A stretch of DNA of 64,000 nt from Balanoglossus misakiensis (taxonomy: Eukaryota > Animalia > Hemichordata), in the NCBI GenBank assembly GCA_040954595.2, contig CM082577.2, positions 2,852,001 to 2,916,000 of the forward strand, written 5' to 3'. The position numbers were made by a program, and so were the translations under genes. The notes beneath the pieces were generated by a model. That model worked only from the letters and a program-made list of their open reading frames with translations. It did not search any database and was not told the origin of the DNA. Positions 45,413 to 58,902 of this stretch are shown here, one piece after another. Position 1 is the stretch's first letter; each line of letters starts with the position of its first letter.

Positions 45413-47275
45413 ACATGTATGTTTATGTGTGATAATCGACTTTACTCACAATATAGTCAATGATTTACGTATATGCATTCAATGATTTACGTATATGCAA
45501 TAAGATAGAAATGTCTTCACTTTTTATTAGGTTTTATTAGCTTTGTTGATCACGTGGTTGCTGTGCTACATCTTGACCATAACCGATGTTTTTCCTGACG
45601 ACCCAACGGAGCCAGCGTATCTAGCGCGGACTGACCGCCACCAAGGGAGCATCTCTTCTATTCCATGGATTTGGTTCCCAATTCCATGTGAGTATATGGA
45701 TCGATAGTAAATTTACCAACACATATACACAGTACTAGAAATGCTATTCACAACCCGTTGCTTCTTTGTTCCAGTCCGATGGGGTCTGCCGACTGTGAGT
45801 GTGGCACCCGTACTTGGCTTGTGTGCCGGTGCACTGGCATCAGTCATGGAATCACTTGGTGATTACTACGCCTGCGCAGCCATGTCCGGGGCGCCGCCGC
45901 CACCTGGCCACGCCCTCAACCGAGGTATATCGATGGAGGGGCTCGCTTGTCTGTTTGCTGGAATGTGGGGCTCTCTCGGAGTGACGTCATACTCGCAGAA
46001 TATCGGTGCTATTGCCATAACTAAGGTATTTCAGAGATTCAAATTCAGCGGTATAGGCTTGGGCAGGCAACCCGACTAGTGGCAAAGTACAAGACAAGAA
46101 ACACATTTTGGAAGAAAATAATACAAATGCGTACATCTGAAGAATCATACTAAACAATTGTCTATTCGGATTTCTTTCATATCCAGGTTGGCAGTCGTCG
46201 TGTCATTCAGTGGGCAAGCCTGCTGCTTTTTATAGTCGCTGTCATCGGTAAGATAGGAGCGGCCGTTGCGTCTCTCCCGCCACCGATCATTGGCGGTGTC
46301 ATGTGGGTTATGTCAGGTATTGTATGACAGTGAATAATAGTGACCGAAATGAGTGATGAACATTTGCTATATTACGTTTCTGCTGCAGTGACAGCGCCCT
46401 CTGGTGGTAACTGTGATGTGATAAGAAGATACCTTCCAGGTTGCAGATGCCATGATTCATGTGTTTTGGATCTCTTGAATTAACCAATAAACAACCACTT
46501 CAGTTATTTCCCTTTACGATATGTACACTTTATCCGTTTAACGTGGTTTTGTTTTTCTCAAAGGTGTCGTGATGTCTGTCGGCGTGGCTAGCCTGCAACA
46601 CGCAAATATGAATTCATCAAGAACCCTGTTGATATATGGGTTTGCAGTCATCACGGGAATAATGGTGCCAGAATATCTGAGATCAGAACCGGGCGCCATC
46701 AACACAGGTAGTTGGACACTGTTGAATCTGTTTTCAAAAAGGACTCATTACATGAAACACATAGAACACTGACCAATTCTAAACACAGCATGTCTTGGTG
46801 AAAGTTTCTTGTCGACAGCAACTTCCAAATTTTTGCTGGACGACACATTTATACCACCTGTGTTTGATGTGATTTTGCCTTCTGTAACCAGGAAATTTCG
46901 TGGCAGACCAGGTACTTGATGTTCTGTGTAAGACTGGGATGCTGCTGGCTGGCGTGATAGGCTTCGTTTTGGACAACACAATACCCGGTAGGAAATGCCA
47001 ACTTCTATGATTATTAACATAACATCGTTTTCCTGTCAACCATACACGAGCATATGCAAATTACGGGAGTACATCTCTTTATTGCACACTGTCTTTTCCC
47101 AGGGACACCTGAGGAAAGGGGTTTGACCGCGTGGAGAAAAAAGTACACAGAAGGGGAATCCACCGGAAAGACCATGAAATCCTATGACTTGCCGTTCTGC
47201 ATGTCGTGCATCCGTAAATGGAAATGGACGCGTTACGTGCCGATCTGTCCAACATTTTTGAAGAAGAATGACTAA
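42747..47275 (+). CDS. SLC23/NAT (nucleobase-ascorbate transporter) family member, multi-exon
   Basis: YAIDDKPPWY...FGLQ|H (TM1 QH motif), LQSTFGTRLPIVQG, IGPLTVAPTI, ARTD, WGLPTVS, ESLGDYYACA, PPPGHALNRGI, NAT motif SYSQNIGAIAITK|VGSRRV, LDNTIPGTPEERG and YDLPF...PICPTF. Stop at 47275. Confidence 0.95.
45378..45403. repeat. (TG)n microsatellite
   Basis: tgtgtgtgtgtgtgtgtgtgtgtgtg in an SLC23 intron. Confidence 0.9.
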
Positions 47276-47945
47276 ATACAAACTGAGATCATTTTCTGCT
47301 TATTGTTATAATAAATAATTATAACAATTCATCCTTTAATATTTAATAGGAATATATTTTACAATATGTAGATTTTATACAATTCAACTCGTATGTAAAT
47401 TTTGCTTGTCAAATATTGACATTCCAACTTTGCTCAGGTTTCAAATACCAGGAAAGGGACAAGAGAGAGTTTGAACTGCTCAGCATTCACAGAATCATCA
47501 AATGGAGGTATGGTAACATTAGCTAAATAATATACTAAGTACACTATATATAAAACATATACCATTTATATCGAATGCGATAATGTGACCTTGACCCAGG
47601 CTGTAAAGACAGTATGTTCTAAGGAATTTTGTAGGCATTACTGCTAAAGACTGCATAGGAAAATAATAATCATATAAAAATAAAGCAACAGTAACCCTAA
47701 CCAGAGAAACAATCAACTCTCGCATCACAATCATAATACAATATATCTACTCTAGGTAATAGGGCATCTTTTCATACTCTTACTACAGGAAGTTGTCAGC
47801 TTTCTTACCCACAATGCAACTCCTGGAATGTGGTTTGACTCCCTAGCATGAAGTAAAAACTATAAAGGGTAGCAAGAATTACAACATAAGTCTATTATGT
47901 GACTGGATGTGAACTTTTTTAGTACGACAACAAGAAGTCTAGATT

Positions 47946-50900
47946 CTATTGATATGTGTAGTCTTCATTGATTGTGATGACCCGGTTTTCTCGCCTGGAT
48001 TTCTCAGCAGCAAACACAAAGAGGTGGCTCGCAAGTGCATCGTCGGGTCCAGTGCTGATGTGGGCGGGGTCGTTTGTCTGCAACAAGGGTGAAAACAAGA
48101 AGCATTTGTGATTGGAGTCGTGCCACTACAACAATAATGTGTTGTTTTACTGTACATGTACTTGGCAGTGGATTGGAGCTTGAACAATTATGCCATGCAC
48201 TCCACCAGGAATGAGCAAAAACATCGCTAGACTTACCGCGACCGCTTTCACAAATGCATCCATCAGAAAATAGTCGGCACCTCCATGGGCAGTTAACTGC
48301 GAGGAGGGCGGTGGTTTTTCACAATCATGGTATGTCCTTTGCCCCGTGTTGAAATCATAAGAATACACACCTAGATTTCCATCGTCCGAAGTGATTTCCC
48401 CCTATAAACAGGAGACAAAATTATGACATTAACCCAATATTTTTTTTTCATGATGCTGCTGTGTGCAAACAGAAAATAGGGCTGAAATACGAGTTTGACT
48501 TAATTGAGTTGACTGGACTCAAATCCACACTTCCAACAACATTCACTGACCAACCACAGGGCCGTGCACAAAACAGCTCTCAACCGTACAAAGAGCTGGT
48601 AACACACACACACACACACAGTGTGATTGTGTTACAATTCAAACATGCAGAAAATCAATTTATACATACCCTTGTGCCGTACACCTTGGTCTGCCTGGCA
48701 CAAATGCTCTCGGTGAAGGCTATCATTGTAAATGATGCAGTCCTTCCGCCCTCAAAAGTGAAATTGACAACTTGGTTGTCGCAGACGTCGTTGTCGCATT
48801 CGTACACACATCTTCCGTACGGTCCATTCTTCAGGGCGTCCGTGACGTGCTCGATGTCCGGCACGTCACATATGACTGATATCGGCCATTCATCGTATTC
48901 CTGAAAATGTGGAAATTACGAGAACTAACTAAATAAATAAATAGATAAAATTTACAAAAAAAACTTCAGCCAAAAGTGAATATGCCACATGAAAAAATAC
49001 TGGTTTCTTACCTCCTCACTTTTGTCAAGATAGATTTTCTTGGCAGAATACGGACAATCAGTCTCCACCTTGCAATCCAAGCAACGGGATGCGGCACCCA
49101 CCGGCTAAAATGACAATCAAAAATTTGCAATCTAAAAGCACAAAGTTATGGTGCTCTTCTTCAAAAACTACAATAACCACATTAGGGTACATCACTTACT
49201 AATGCGTGTGTACTTTTGTTTCATTATATGTGGTGCTTGCATCACCATTTTTGCTCAGTGTAAATTATATACATGTATGGTCATGGCTAAAATCCAGCTC
49301 CTTCCATGAACACTGCTGGCAGAGAAAATTGGCTTTTTCTGCTACTTTGTATTGTACACATGTTCAACTGTAATTCCTGGGGGACAGAGGTGATCGACGC
49401 ATTCTTGTAATAACTAAATTCACAAATCCCCACTACAACAACCTCTTTACAAAATGTTTTCTTCTTACCTTATTTTCCTTTTTGAAATGCTGCAGAGAGC
49501 CGAATGACGACACCTGTGTACACCTGTACAGAAATGAGAATCATTGAGCCCATTTTTTATGACACTGGGTTTTTTGGGTGGGTGGGGGGGGGGGGAAGGA
49601 TGAATTTAAGTCTGGAGTTGTTGGTAAAGCAGTTGCTGTTCTTTGATTTATTTTTGGGATTAATTTTTTTCCTTCAGTACATGTAGGCCGACTCCAGAAT
49701 AGGACTGCAACAAACAATAGACATGGCTGATCATCATACCACAATGAGTCAGAACTGAGACTGGTCAAACATATTATCAGTAAATGTCAGTTCCACACAG
49801 CATTGCTGGTGAAGATGGCTATTGGTTATATTCATCCATTCCTACCTGTGCTTTCCCATCCAGTACCTCAAGAGATCCAGGTCGTGGCACGATTTGGCCA
49901 ACAACGAGAATGTGCTGCTCTTCTCTTCTCGCCAATTTCCCCGCACGTAGGAATGAGCAAAGTGATAATAGCCAACCTACAAGGATAGAGAGGTGAGAGT
50001 CTAGCATTTCAGGCCTTCCTTGAGCCTTTGACCACCATGGTTCAGGCCAAACCTATTATTCTCTATGACCCAGTATCACTTTAGCTTATGAACTTCCATA
50101 TTAAACATGGCAAAAATCGGCCATCTTGAAACTGTGTCAACCATATGAGATTTTCAAAAAACCTATTTTATAAGGTCGGGGAGGAATTTACATCATCTGC
50201 TGACCAATAATGCTCAACAGTACACTGAAAGTCAAGTGCAAAATATCGCAGACCTTAAGTTCGACTTCATCAACTTACAGGTTCTGTATGCTGAATGTTC
50301 ACAACTTCTCCAATGGCACCACTCTCTATAAGTTCCTGCATGCGGTAATGTGAAGAAAAGGATGAAAATTATATCACTCAAGGTGCAAGTCCCAACAAAA
50401 CTATGACTTCTTAAAATCAGCACAGAGTGCTCTTCTCCAATGGCACCAGACAGTGCCTGCTGTGCAGATAACACAGCTTGTCATATACTTTCCACTGACC
50501 TACACCGAAAGATCCATCATTCGAGGGTGTTCCCTGTGAACGACTGACCTTTCAGCATACCACTGACCTTGATCTTCCTTAATGGGGGATAGTACCGAAG
50601 TACATGGCACACAGCTAACATGATATTGTTCCTTTTGCAGGCTGCAGTGATCTCACGACAATCTTCCTCTGTAACCTAGGCGATGGGGTAGCATGCATAT
50701 AGATGAATTAACAAGTCATTGTCAATGACCTAGCCCCCACTGGATCAACACTGAGGGAAGTCATGGGGAATATCAATCAAGGTAAGTCTGCAATATGGCT
50801 CAGACAATGTTTCTGAATTATTATTTGCCTGTTGGTATGACATCCACATGTACATTTTATATCATTATAGTATACTTTACTTGAAAAGAGTGAATGAGAC

Positions 50901-51857
50901 CGGTTGAAATAAGTTTGAGAAATACAATCAATCAATAAAGGGTAATAAATCACCTCCTAATCTCAGAGCATCAAAAATATGATATGTCCTGATTCCAAGT
51001 AAAACAAAGGTCAACCAAGGTCAACTTACAGCCATAGGTTTTTCAAGCAGGATGTGATATCCTTTCTCGGCACAGGCTACAGCTGGTTCCTGCAATTGAT
51101 ACAAATGCCGAAAATCATGTATGTTTTAAACGCTTTCATTCTACCTCAAACAAAATGAATCAAAATGAGAGAAGAAAAAACCAGGAAAGTGAAAAGATTA
51201 AATTACCTTGTGAAGTCTGTCTGGAGTGGCTATGATGACAGCGTCTGCAAATTTATCACGTTTGACAAATTCTGACCAGTCTGAGAAGACGTTTTCGTTT
51301 GGGATTTTAAGCCATGTTTGCATTTGCTTGGCTTTGATTTGTCGGGGTTCAGCCACGCCTACAATCTGTTGAAAGAGTAAGGACAGCAAAATCGTGAATC
51401 CTTTAGATGGTTAAACAATGAACATAAATAAATTTGGACAGACGGTAAAGGCTAAGGTCACAGCAATTAAGTTTGTCATCAAGGTACGAATCCACAAATA
51501 CCAATTAAATAACAGGTGAAATTATCACAGGTCAGACTAGCCAGATAACCAGTAATAATAACAAAAATATCCATTAGATATCGCAACACTTCATCAAAGA
51601 TTGCACCAGAGGGTACGTGTCAGACTGATGGTCTTATTAAAGGGATAGCAGCTGTAACTTTACAATTTTGTAATAATGGCATGTTTAAATGTCAAGTATG
51701 CAAATTACATGTGACATTTTCTGTAGGAGCTCCAAAGCCTTCCGTGTTTAAACACCAACAGACCTACCTTTAATTTTTCGGGAAAATCGACGCCATACAG
51801 AGCATAACCAGGGCCCCTTGAACCAGCACCAATGATGACTGCGGTGACTTGCTTCAT
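47946..51857 (-). CDS. Gfo/Idh/MocA family NAD(P)-dependent oxidoreductase (YteT-like), ~11 coding exons
   Basis: [15 protein letters not shown] (Rossmann fold), [75 protein letters not shown], and [12 protein letters not shown]...YQ* with the stop at 47946. An upstream coding or UTR exon is possible. Confidence 0.9.
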
Positions 51858-53074
51858 TTTGTTTCCAGTGTCAGATTTATTCCTGAAATTGATTTTAGAA
51901 GTTACTGTCGCTTATTTATCCTCTGCATGGCAGGACTGTGTGAGTGTGTCGTACGGCTGTGCCTCCACGTCAGTACGTCACCCACACACAGCCCTGCCAC
52001 ACAAATCTATTTTTGGTCATGACTAAAGACTCACATTGACATGTACATTGTATACATGTACATGTCACCATGGAGACATGCAGGCCTGGGAGACATGAAC
52101 ATCTGCAAATATCTGACACATTTTGGCAACATATCAGTGGTACATTTCCAGTCGAACCAGAAACCATACGATCATTCGATCGTGATGCAACGTGCAAGCT
52201 TCGTGCGTAGTTGTATCAGTGGGGCTTGAAGCGTAAACATGGTAAAGTTGACTGTGCAGAGTCAAACGACCTTCAGATCTAGACATATACTCAACATGCG
52301 TCACTCACAAGCGGATGACGGGCAACTTAACTGCAGTCGGCCAACAACTCACAGAATGATTTGGTACACATACAGGTGTACTAACAACAATATGGGCACC
52401 GGTCGGCCAACAACCTACCTGTCACCAATACGACTGGGTCAACAATAGTGCAAGGTCAACTTGAACTGCGCCCTCTGTAGTGCATGTAGTGAAATCTACT
52501 TGTCCACTGGCCCATGACTGGCCAAGTGTGACGACAATCCATCACTCACGGCCACTTAAAGGTTCGGAGTGTGTCCTGCAGTGCTCGCTCTCTCCACAAT
52601 TGCCTTGGCTATTCGCAAAATAACACGACTGGAACTATTTTGGGATAATTGCACGGAAAAGTGTGTAAAACGCTGAGCAGGGTACGTGCATACTATGCAC
52701 CCGCTGTATTTGTCGTCGTGTTCTTTTTTGTTCAAAGAAGGCCTGAATCACGACTTTCTAATCAAGCACATTAGACAGAGCTCATTTTATGGAGAAAATT
52801 ATACAAAATTAGTTCTAGTCGTGTTCCTCAACATTTCTTCGGAATCGAACAACATGTAGGGTAAAGAACTCATAATTTATATATATATAAAAGCAATCTT
52901 GCTGTCAATGCAGTAAGGATTGCAGATCGCGTACTTGCAATTGGGTCATTTGATAAATATATTTATTGAAACTGTAAATTATATTTAGCTTTTATTGGAA
53001 TAAAGACAATGAAAACGTGATTTAATATTCCAAAGGCGGCAACTACAAACAATTCATTGAACCCCACAGATAGT

Positions 53075-53174
53075 TATAAAGCGGCCAGTGAAGGCTACAG
53101 GAACAGTGAATACGGTCCTTTGATTCCAGAACGTTTCGTTGCTAGCAGCGCTGTTAATCTATAAGTCGTGAGAG
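53075..53174 (+). promoter_or_regulatory. TATA box and non-coding first exon of secreted-protein paralog 1
   Basis: TATAAA at 53075. The exon ends TCGTGAGAG|gtaagt, and the same arrangement recurs in paralogs 2 and 3. Confidence 0.65.
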
Positions 53175-53500
53175 GTAAGTATATACTTTTGCTAGTTCGT
53201 GTACTATAGGCGTGCATCATACTCGCGTGCAAGAGCTACGAACTTGCAAAATATAAGGACTGTCTCATAACTTTTGCAAATGTCGCTTGTTTTAGGGACA
53301 AGGTGGGATTTCTCGTGCGGTCCCAATTTTGTCGTCATGTCTTCTTCTGTAGGCCTCCTGCATCCGCGGGCCTCGTACATTTGAATGTTTACTGAACACC
53401 AAGCCGACAAAATAACATCTTTGTGCAACTGCGTAAACCAGCAGTTAAAGAACACATTTCATGATTGTTTTATTCCCCCAGCTAAAACCGTGTGGTAACA

Positions 53501-55642
53501 ATGTTGTCCCTAAAACTGCAACTGGTCATCGCAGTGGCGTTATTGTCCGTTGCTGAAGCTGGCCTGCATGGCCTCAATGGCGCCGGCCTCAATGGCCTGA
53601 GGCTGAGACCAAGCCGGGTGAAGAGGGCGGTAAGTTCCAAATTTGTAGACATTGTGTTCGAACATTTACAAGATATGCAGATGATTGAATGCAGAGCGTG
53701 TTTATCACATTCCATAGCCAGTCTTGCATGTAGAATTTTTGAGAAAACGATAAAAATAGATATCCCCTGATGTGAGGAGAGGTGTTTATTAATAATTAGT
53801 GTCCATTCTTATTCTCAGCTAATGTATTTTCGTCCAGGAAAGTCCATCATAGCAGGCATAGCAGGTAAGTAAACCTATTTCAGGTGTTTTTTTATTACTT
53901 GATTATACCGTTTAGGGAGCAGATGAAAAATATAAATATCACAGTATGAGAAATGTAATACGTCATGTATATTTTGAGTGTGTTTCACATACATAGTCAA
54001 CATGCGTTTGTTACGCTAGTATGAACATAACGGGGATAGAAAAGATGGTTTGTATGGAAATATCGGTGGAATTACCAACATTTATTCTATAACGAGATAC
54101 AATGGATAATCTCGACCCTTGACCTTTACACGCAGAACCGTGCGAGACTGCTGCTGCATGCGATTTTTACGCCGAGTGCGAAGATGGGAAGTGCGTTTGC
54201 CCAACTTTCTGCTTACCAGAATACGATCCCGTTTGCGGAAGTGACGACATCACTTACCAAAACACCTGCGAACTAGGGGTCAGGTCGTGTCAAGATCAAG
54301 TTGACCTTTATGTTGTCCATGTCGGTGTTTGTGAAGGTGACTCACAGTCTCCCTCCCTCCCTCCTGATCCCTCCCCTCCCTCCCTTCCCATCCCTCCCTC
54401 CAATTTATTTTTGAAATTTTTTTAAATTTCGCTTTAAAAATATTTTGGCCTATACAAACTAACACCATCAGTTGCATTTCTGAACACTGGAGAAGAACCA
54501 TGATATTATGTCCAATTCTTTCGGCCATTCCAACAAAATAAGACTCCATTATTACTTGTAATCCATGCAAATATTACCTTTCCTTTTTTGTTTTTTTCTT
54601 AGGAGCCACGTGCCCTGATGGGTCTGCGCCTGTAAATTGCGACCCCGATCCGTGCGACGTGGAAACGTGCGACGCGTTCCCGCGCTTTTTGTGTGAGGCG
54701 GATTACTGTGGTGACTGCAGCGCCATCTTTTATGACATGGATGGTAACGTCATCGACTGCGGTGAGTGGAATTTTCTTGAGAAATGTGTCTTGAAGAGTT
54801 GTAATCAAATCAAGACTGTGTGTAACAAAGCTGTATTTTGATAGTAGCCGACAAAGCGACCTAAATGTTTCAGTGCATCTTCTGAAGAGAAATTTGGAAC
54901 ACGGGGTCACTCTTCCAAACGCTTCACGAAAATGTGCCCAGGTAAAATGAAAGCTGTCGAAATGTTTGTGATTTTTCGCCCAAAAGGAGATTTTTTATAG
55001 TTTAATATTTACAGAACAATGACAGTTCGAATAATTGCTGATAAAAGCGACAAACGAACCCATGTAAGATTGCCAGTTAATAGAAAAATAGTGTAACATT
55101 TCAAATACGTCTCTTAGTTGGTAGTAATATTTCTTTACTTTTTTTGAGGGGCGTGGTTGATTCATTGCGCATTGACATCCGCGTTTTACATCTGTATCGT
55201 TTGTCTTTACCGACAGACAACCCGTGTAACCTTCCCGCCGAGCCTGGTCCTTGCAACGAAAATCAATCCCGCTGGTATTATAGTGTGAAGTCTGGAGTGT
55301 GTGAGGAGTTCGTGTATGGCGGTTGCGAGGGAAACGCTAACAACTTTGAGAGTGAGGCAGACTGCAGCAACGAGTGTATTCCGGAGTTGGGGTGTGTATA
55401 TACTGTGTGTACATGTGCTCTTGAGTTGATCATTTCACTGCATTTGACCGAGTCTCGCGGCAATGGGAGGCCCGTTCAGTAAATGCACGATAGTTGCAAG
55501 ACTACAAGGTACAGCCATTTCGTTTGAGGGCGCTTGGGAGAGGTGGGGGGGGGGGGGGGGGGAGGTAACGGAGTGCCCTTGTTCAAAAATTAAATTGTGT
55601 TTTATCTATAATTATAGGGATGTGAACGCATTGGGCGGATAG
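53501..55642 (+). CDS. Secreted multidomain protease-inhibitor-like protein, paralog 1: signal/propeptide, follistatin/Kazal, 8-Cys module, Kunitz
   Basis: Signal MLSLKLQLVIAVALLSVAEA followed by RVKR. Exon 54136-54336 CVCPTFCLPEYDPVCGSDDITYQNTCEL (Kazal). Exon 54603-54761 is the 8-Cys module. Exon from 55217 CNLPAEPGPC...WYY...CEEFVYGGCEGNANNFES (Kunitz). The terminal exon (55618-55642) is tentative. Confidence 0.85.
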
Positions 55643-57784
55643 GGTTGCCTGATGTAACCCAAGATCGTCCGAACCCGCGGATGGAGAAGATAGCATGAAC
55701 TCCTTTATCGATTACGTAGTTACTTTAGTAGACACAATACTGCGCATGTGTATTAAATTCACAAATATGTTACATTTCGCATCTTTTATCTACTGAGTTC
55801 AAATGTCTGGCATGCGTTATATTTTGAGTCATAGGAAAATAACGTTTCTCTGAACTTCAATTCCTGGGTGTTTCTGAACTTTAAGGCACATAAAATAATG
55901 ACACAATCGTACATTGCGTGGAGTTATCCTTGGTATTGAGGTTCAACAGGGAGCACACGGAGAAAGGGACTGGTTTTGTCGCCGTAATCACGAGACATAA
56001 TCACTCGTACTGTGCCCCTGTACATACGCTTACTTCATTAAACAGTTAGATTTTCACTAGATGCTTTTAATGGTTTTGATAAAAACAGCCTGAAACCTAC
56101 CATAATCCTCTTCACCGGGCATGGTTTTACTATCCCCCCTCACCTTTTATACGGTAGCCGAGTTTTACGGACGTCGTACGTAATACAAGCGCATATCACA
56201 CTTTTACTACGTATTTTGAATCTATGCGTGAGATACGGCGATATAATTGAATAAAAATTCTCGCGACATATTAAATTCAGTTCTATAATCATTAAAAAAT
56301 AAAGTCCGTTTGATTCGGGGTCCTAGCACAGTACATATATAATTGCCTGCTGATTTACCATTTTGCGGCTTAGGCATCGGCATACAGTGGTACGATTCAA
56401 AGTTTGCAATGTCAGTGTACGTTTCTGCAGCTGTCCCTCGTGATCTTGGTAATGACTTTGCTTTGATGTTGCCGCCAGTAACGGCTGATAAAGTGTTGGG
56501 CGTAATGACGCCCATTTCTGCGTTTGGGTTATGGCGGCATCGCGTGAAGAAAATGTTATCACCTTTTCTATTTCTACGCGCTACACATTATTAAAATTAA
56601 GGTATATGCTTACACATGCCCATGCATATAGGGTTAAAGGGGCGTGTCTAAATCTTCGAATGATCGTTTGATCGCGCTCTGTTTTTTTTCCGGATGGCTG
56701 CTCCGTGAAATCCGTGATTAGCTATAGATGTTAACTCCCAATGATAACTGTAGCTAAATTTGCATACGTGAGGTATACAACCGAAGTTCATTCTCTCACT
56801 TGAGGTCACCGTGTATTATTTTCGAACTTCTTGGTTTTCCCCAGTTTCCAACACATATGAACTGATCACACTTCAAATCGCAACTCAAGTGCGATCTGTC
56901 ATGATTGGACAATGCCCCTTTTATTGCACATATTTGCTTCATAGTTGCTGATTTTCGGATGATGTGCGCGTTTCTATATTAGTCTGTTTTCCGCTTTATA
57001 GTTCAGTGGGCGCGAAGACACAGAATCAATCTGTCATCGTTGTGGTATTGGATAGCAGTAAGCGAGTTTTACCGAAAAAAACATCGGTTACCTCGATCAT
57101 CCATACCCGCGCTGGGAAGACAAAGACGCATCGAATCTCATCGTTCACGCGGCCATTCAATTCAAGGCGATGACTGCTGACAACACAACTTTGTCAGACC
57201 TGTACAGCTTGTGAGAGTTCGTGGTTTTCATAAGTACTGCCACAGCCAGCGATAGAATTATCAAATCGTGGCCCGTACATTTGTCAAGAATCCGTAAAGC
57301 CAAATTGTGAACTTCTCTTCCTCAATCAATAAAGCTCAGATGTGGCGTTCATTGCCGTTTTCTCTTCCCAGAGAAAGGCAACAATTTGCCACCTACAAAC
57401 GGATTTCTTTATTTTTTTCCAATATCGCGGCCAGCGAGCTTACAAACGCTCAAGCGAATTATGGGCGTCCTCGCTATGATAAGATGTGCATTTAACCTCA
57501 ACACACTCGAACTGAATTCGATCCCATAATATATTTACTGCACTACATCTATACATATTTGCACGCCAGTGCGACACACCAAGGCCTACGACCGCGTACG
57601 CGTGCTAGTCTAGTCAGTTTATGGGTCTGACTCGACTGTCGTATACAACTTTTACTGCTACCGTATTAAAACGTTGCCGCGATACAGGGGAGGCAGTTTG
57701 GGACAGCTCATAAACACGACCGCGGTGATTTGCGATTAAAGGGCGACGATCGTCTCATGCGCATGTGCCAAACCAGAGAAAATA

Positions 57785-57870
57785 CAACCAATGCCATAAG
57801 GCAGTGTCGTCCTAACAACATACAAGATAGCAGCGACCATAGTCTGTGTCGGAGATCTGGAAAAGATAGG
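57785..57870. repeat. Dispersed repeat family C, copy 2 (inverted relative to copy 1)
   Basis: caatgccataaggcagtg...agtctgtgtcggagatctggaaaaga. Confidence 0.75.
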
Positions 57871-58809
57871 GACAAACTCTACTGATACGGTGAAGCGAAT
57901 GCAGTCCATGAAATGCCTCGTCCACAGTAAAACAAACAGATGCATGTGGTATTTTTTTAATTCCGAAAATCTAAATATGGCCTTATCATTAACGGAAGAA
58001 ATTACAGGGGAGAGCTGGTTGCTTGGGGTCGCCATTTTTATGCGCAAGCATCTTTGAACGGCCATGAAACTTCTCGACTAAACATAACGGGTCTTTTATT
58101 ACATACAGAATCCAAGTCAAATGTTACAACTGCCATCCCTTAGATTTACAGTCTATTATATTGCAATTTCGCATTTTAGACAAAGTAATTTATTGAAAAA
58201 AATTATAAAGTTTGGTCTGTTCAACATATTATTAAATTGAAACCATGTAACCGGATAATTATGACAGTTTCATAGAATGCTTTGATCGGTCAAAAGCTAA
58301 AACGATAAATTACAAAATAATGTCTTGGAAATTTTAAATATTATATTTGGGATTTGCACGACACACAAGTGGGAAGGGTCGTTGTTTTTCGTGCAAAAAA
58401 TCTTTGGTAGATCACCAAATTGGTATTTCATTCAGCGACGTTAAAAAAACACCCCCTTGCAATGATTTCTGTCTGTTCCCTTTTTACACTGCCAGGTATT
58501 AAAAAAGAATCAGAATATCGATAGAATTCATTTCGATGATGGTCTTTCCATTTTTACATTCTTGAACGTAAAAGTCTGGGTTGTTATTGAGATGGTGCTC
58601 ACTAGAATATATCGTTGCTGTCAGTACGGCGTGAAATCACGCATGCTATCGCATCACACATCATCCATCAAAGCGACCGCGACCTTTTGTGTGGTCACAT
58701 ATGCATGTCTCTCATTGAAAGTCGCCAAAACGAGCAAATTATCGGATTTGGATTACTTAAGGGCGTTTTCAGGCAACCTCGATTAATTTGTTAAGTCTCC
58801 ACTTGCAGC

Positions 58810-58902
58810 TATAAAAGCCACGAGCGACAGCAACGCACGTCAGACACCATCGCTTGAGTGCTGGAACTTCGCGGAGGCGCTATCGCAGACATATCGTGAG
58901 AG
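58810..58902 (+). promoter_or_regulatory. TATA box and non-coding first exon of paralog 2
   Basis: TATAAAA at 58810. The exon ends ATCGTGAGAG|gtgagt. Confidence 0.65.

Noticed and set aside
47946-51857. Bacterial contamination or recent horizontal transfer of the YteT-like gene
   Set aside because: It has about ten canonical spliceosomal introns and host-like composition.
55700-58750. An additional paralog or gene between secreted paralogs 1 and 2
   Set aside because: I found no Cys-patterned exons or signal exon, only a repeat copy and short spurious ORFs.
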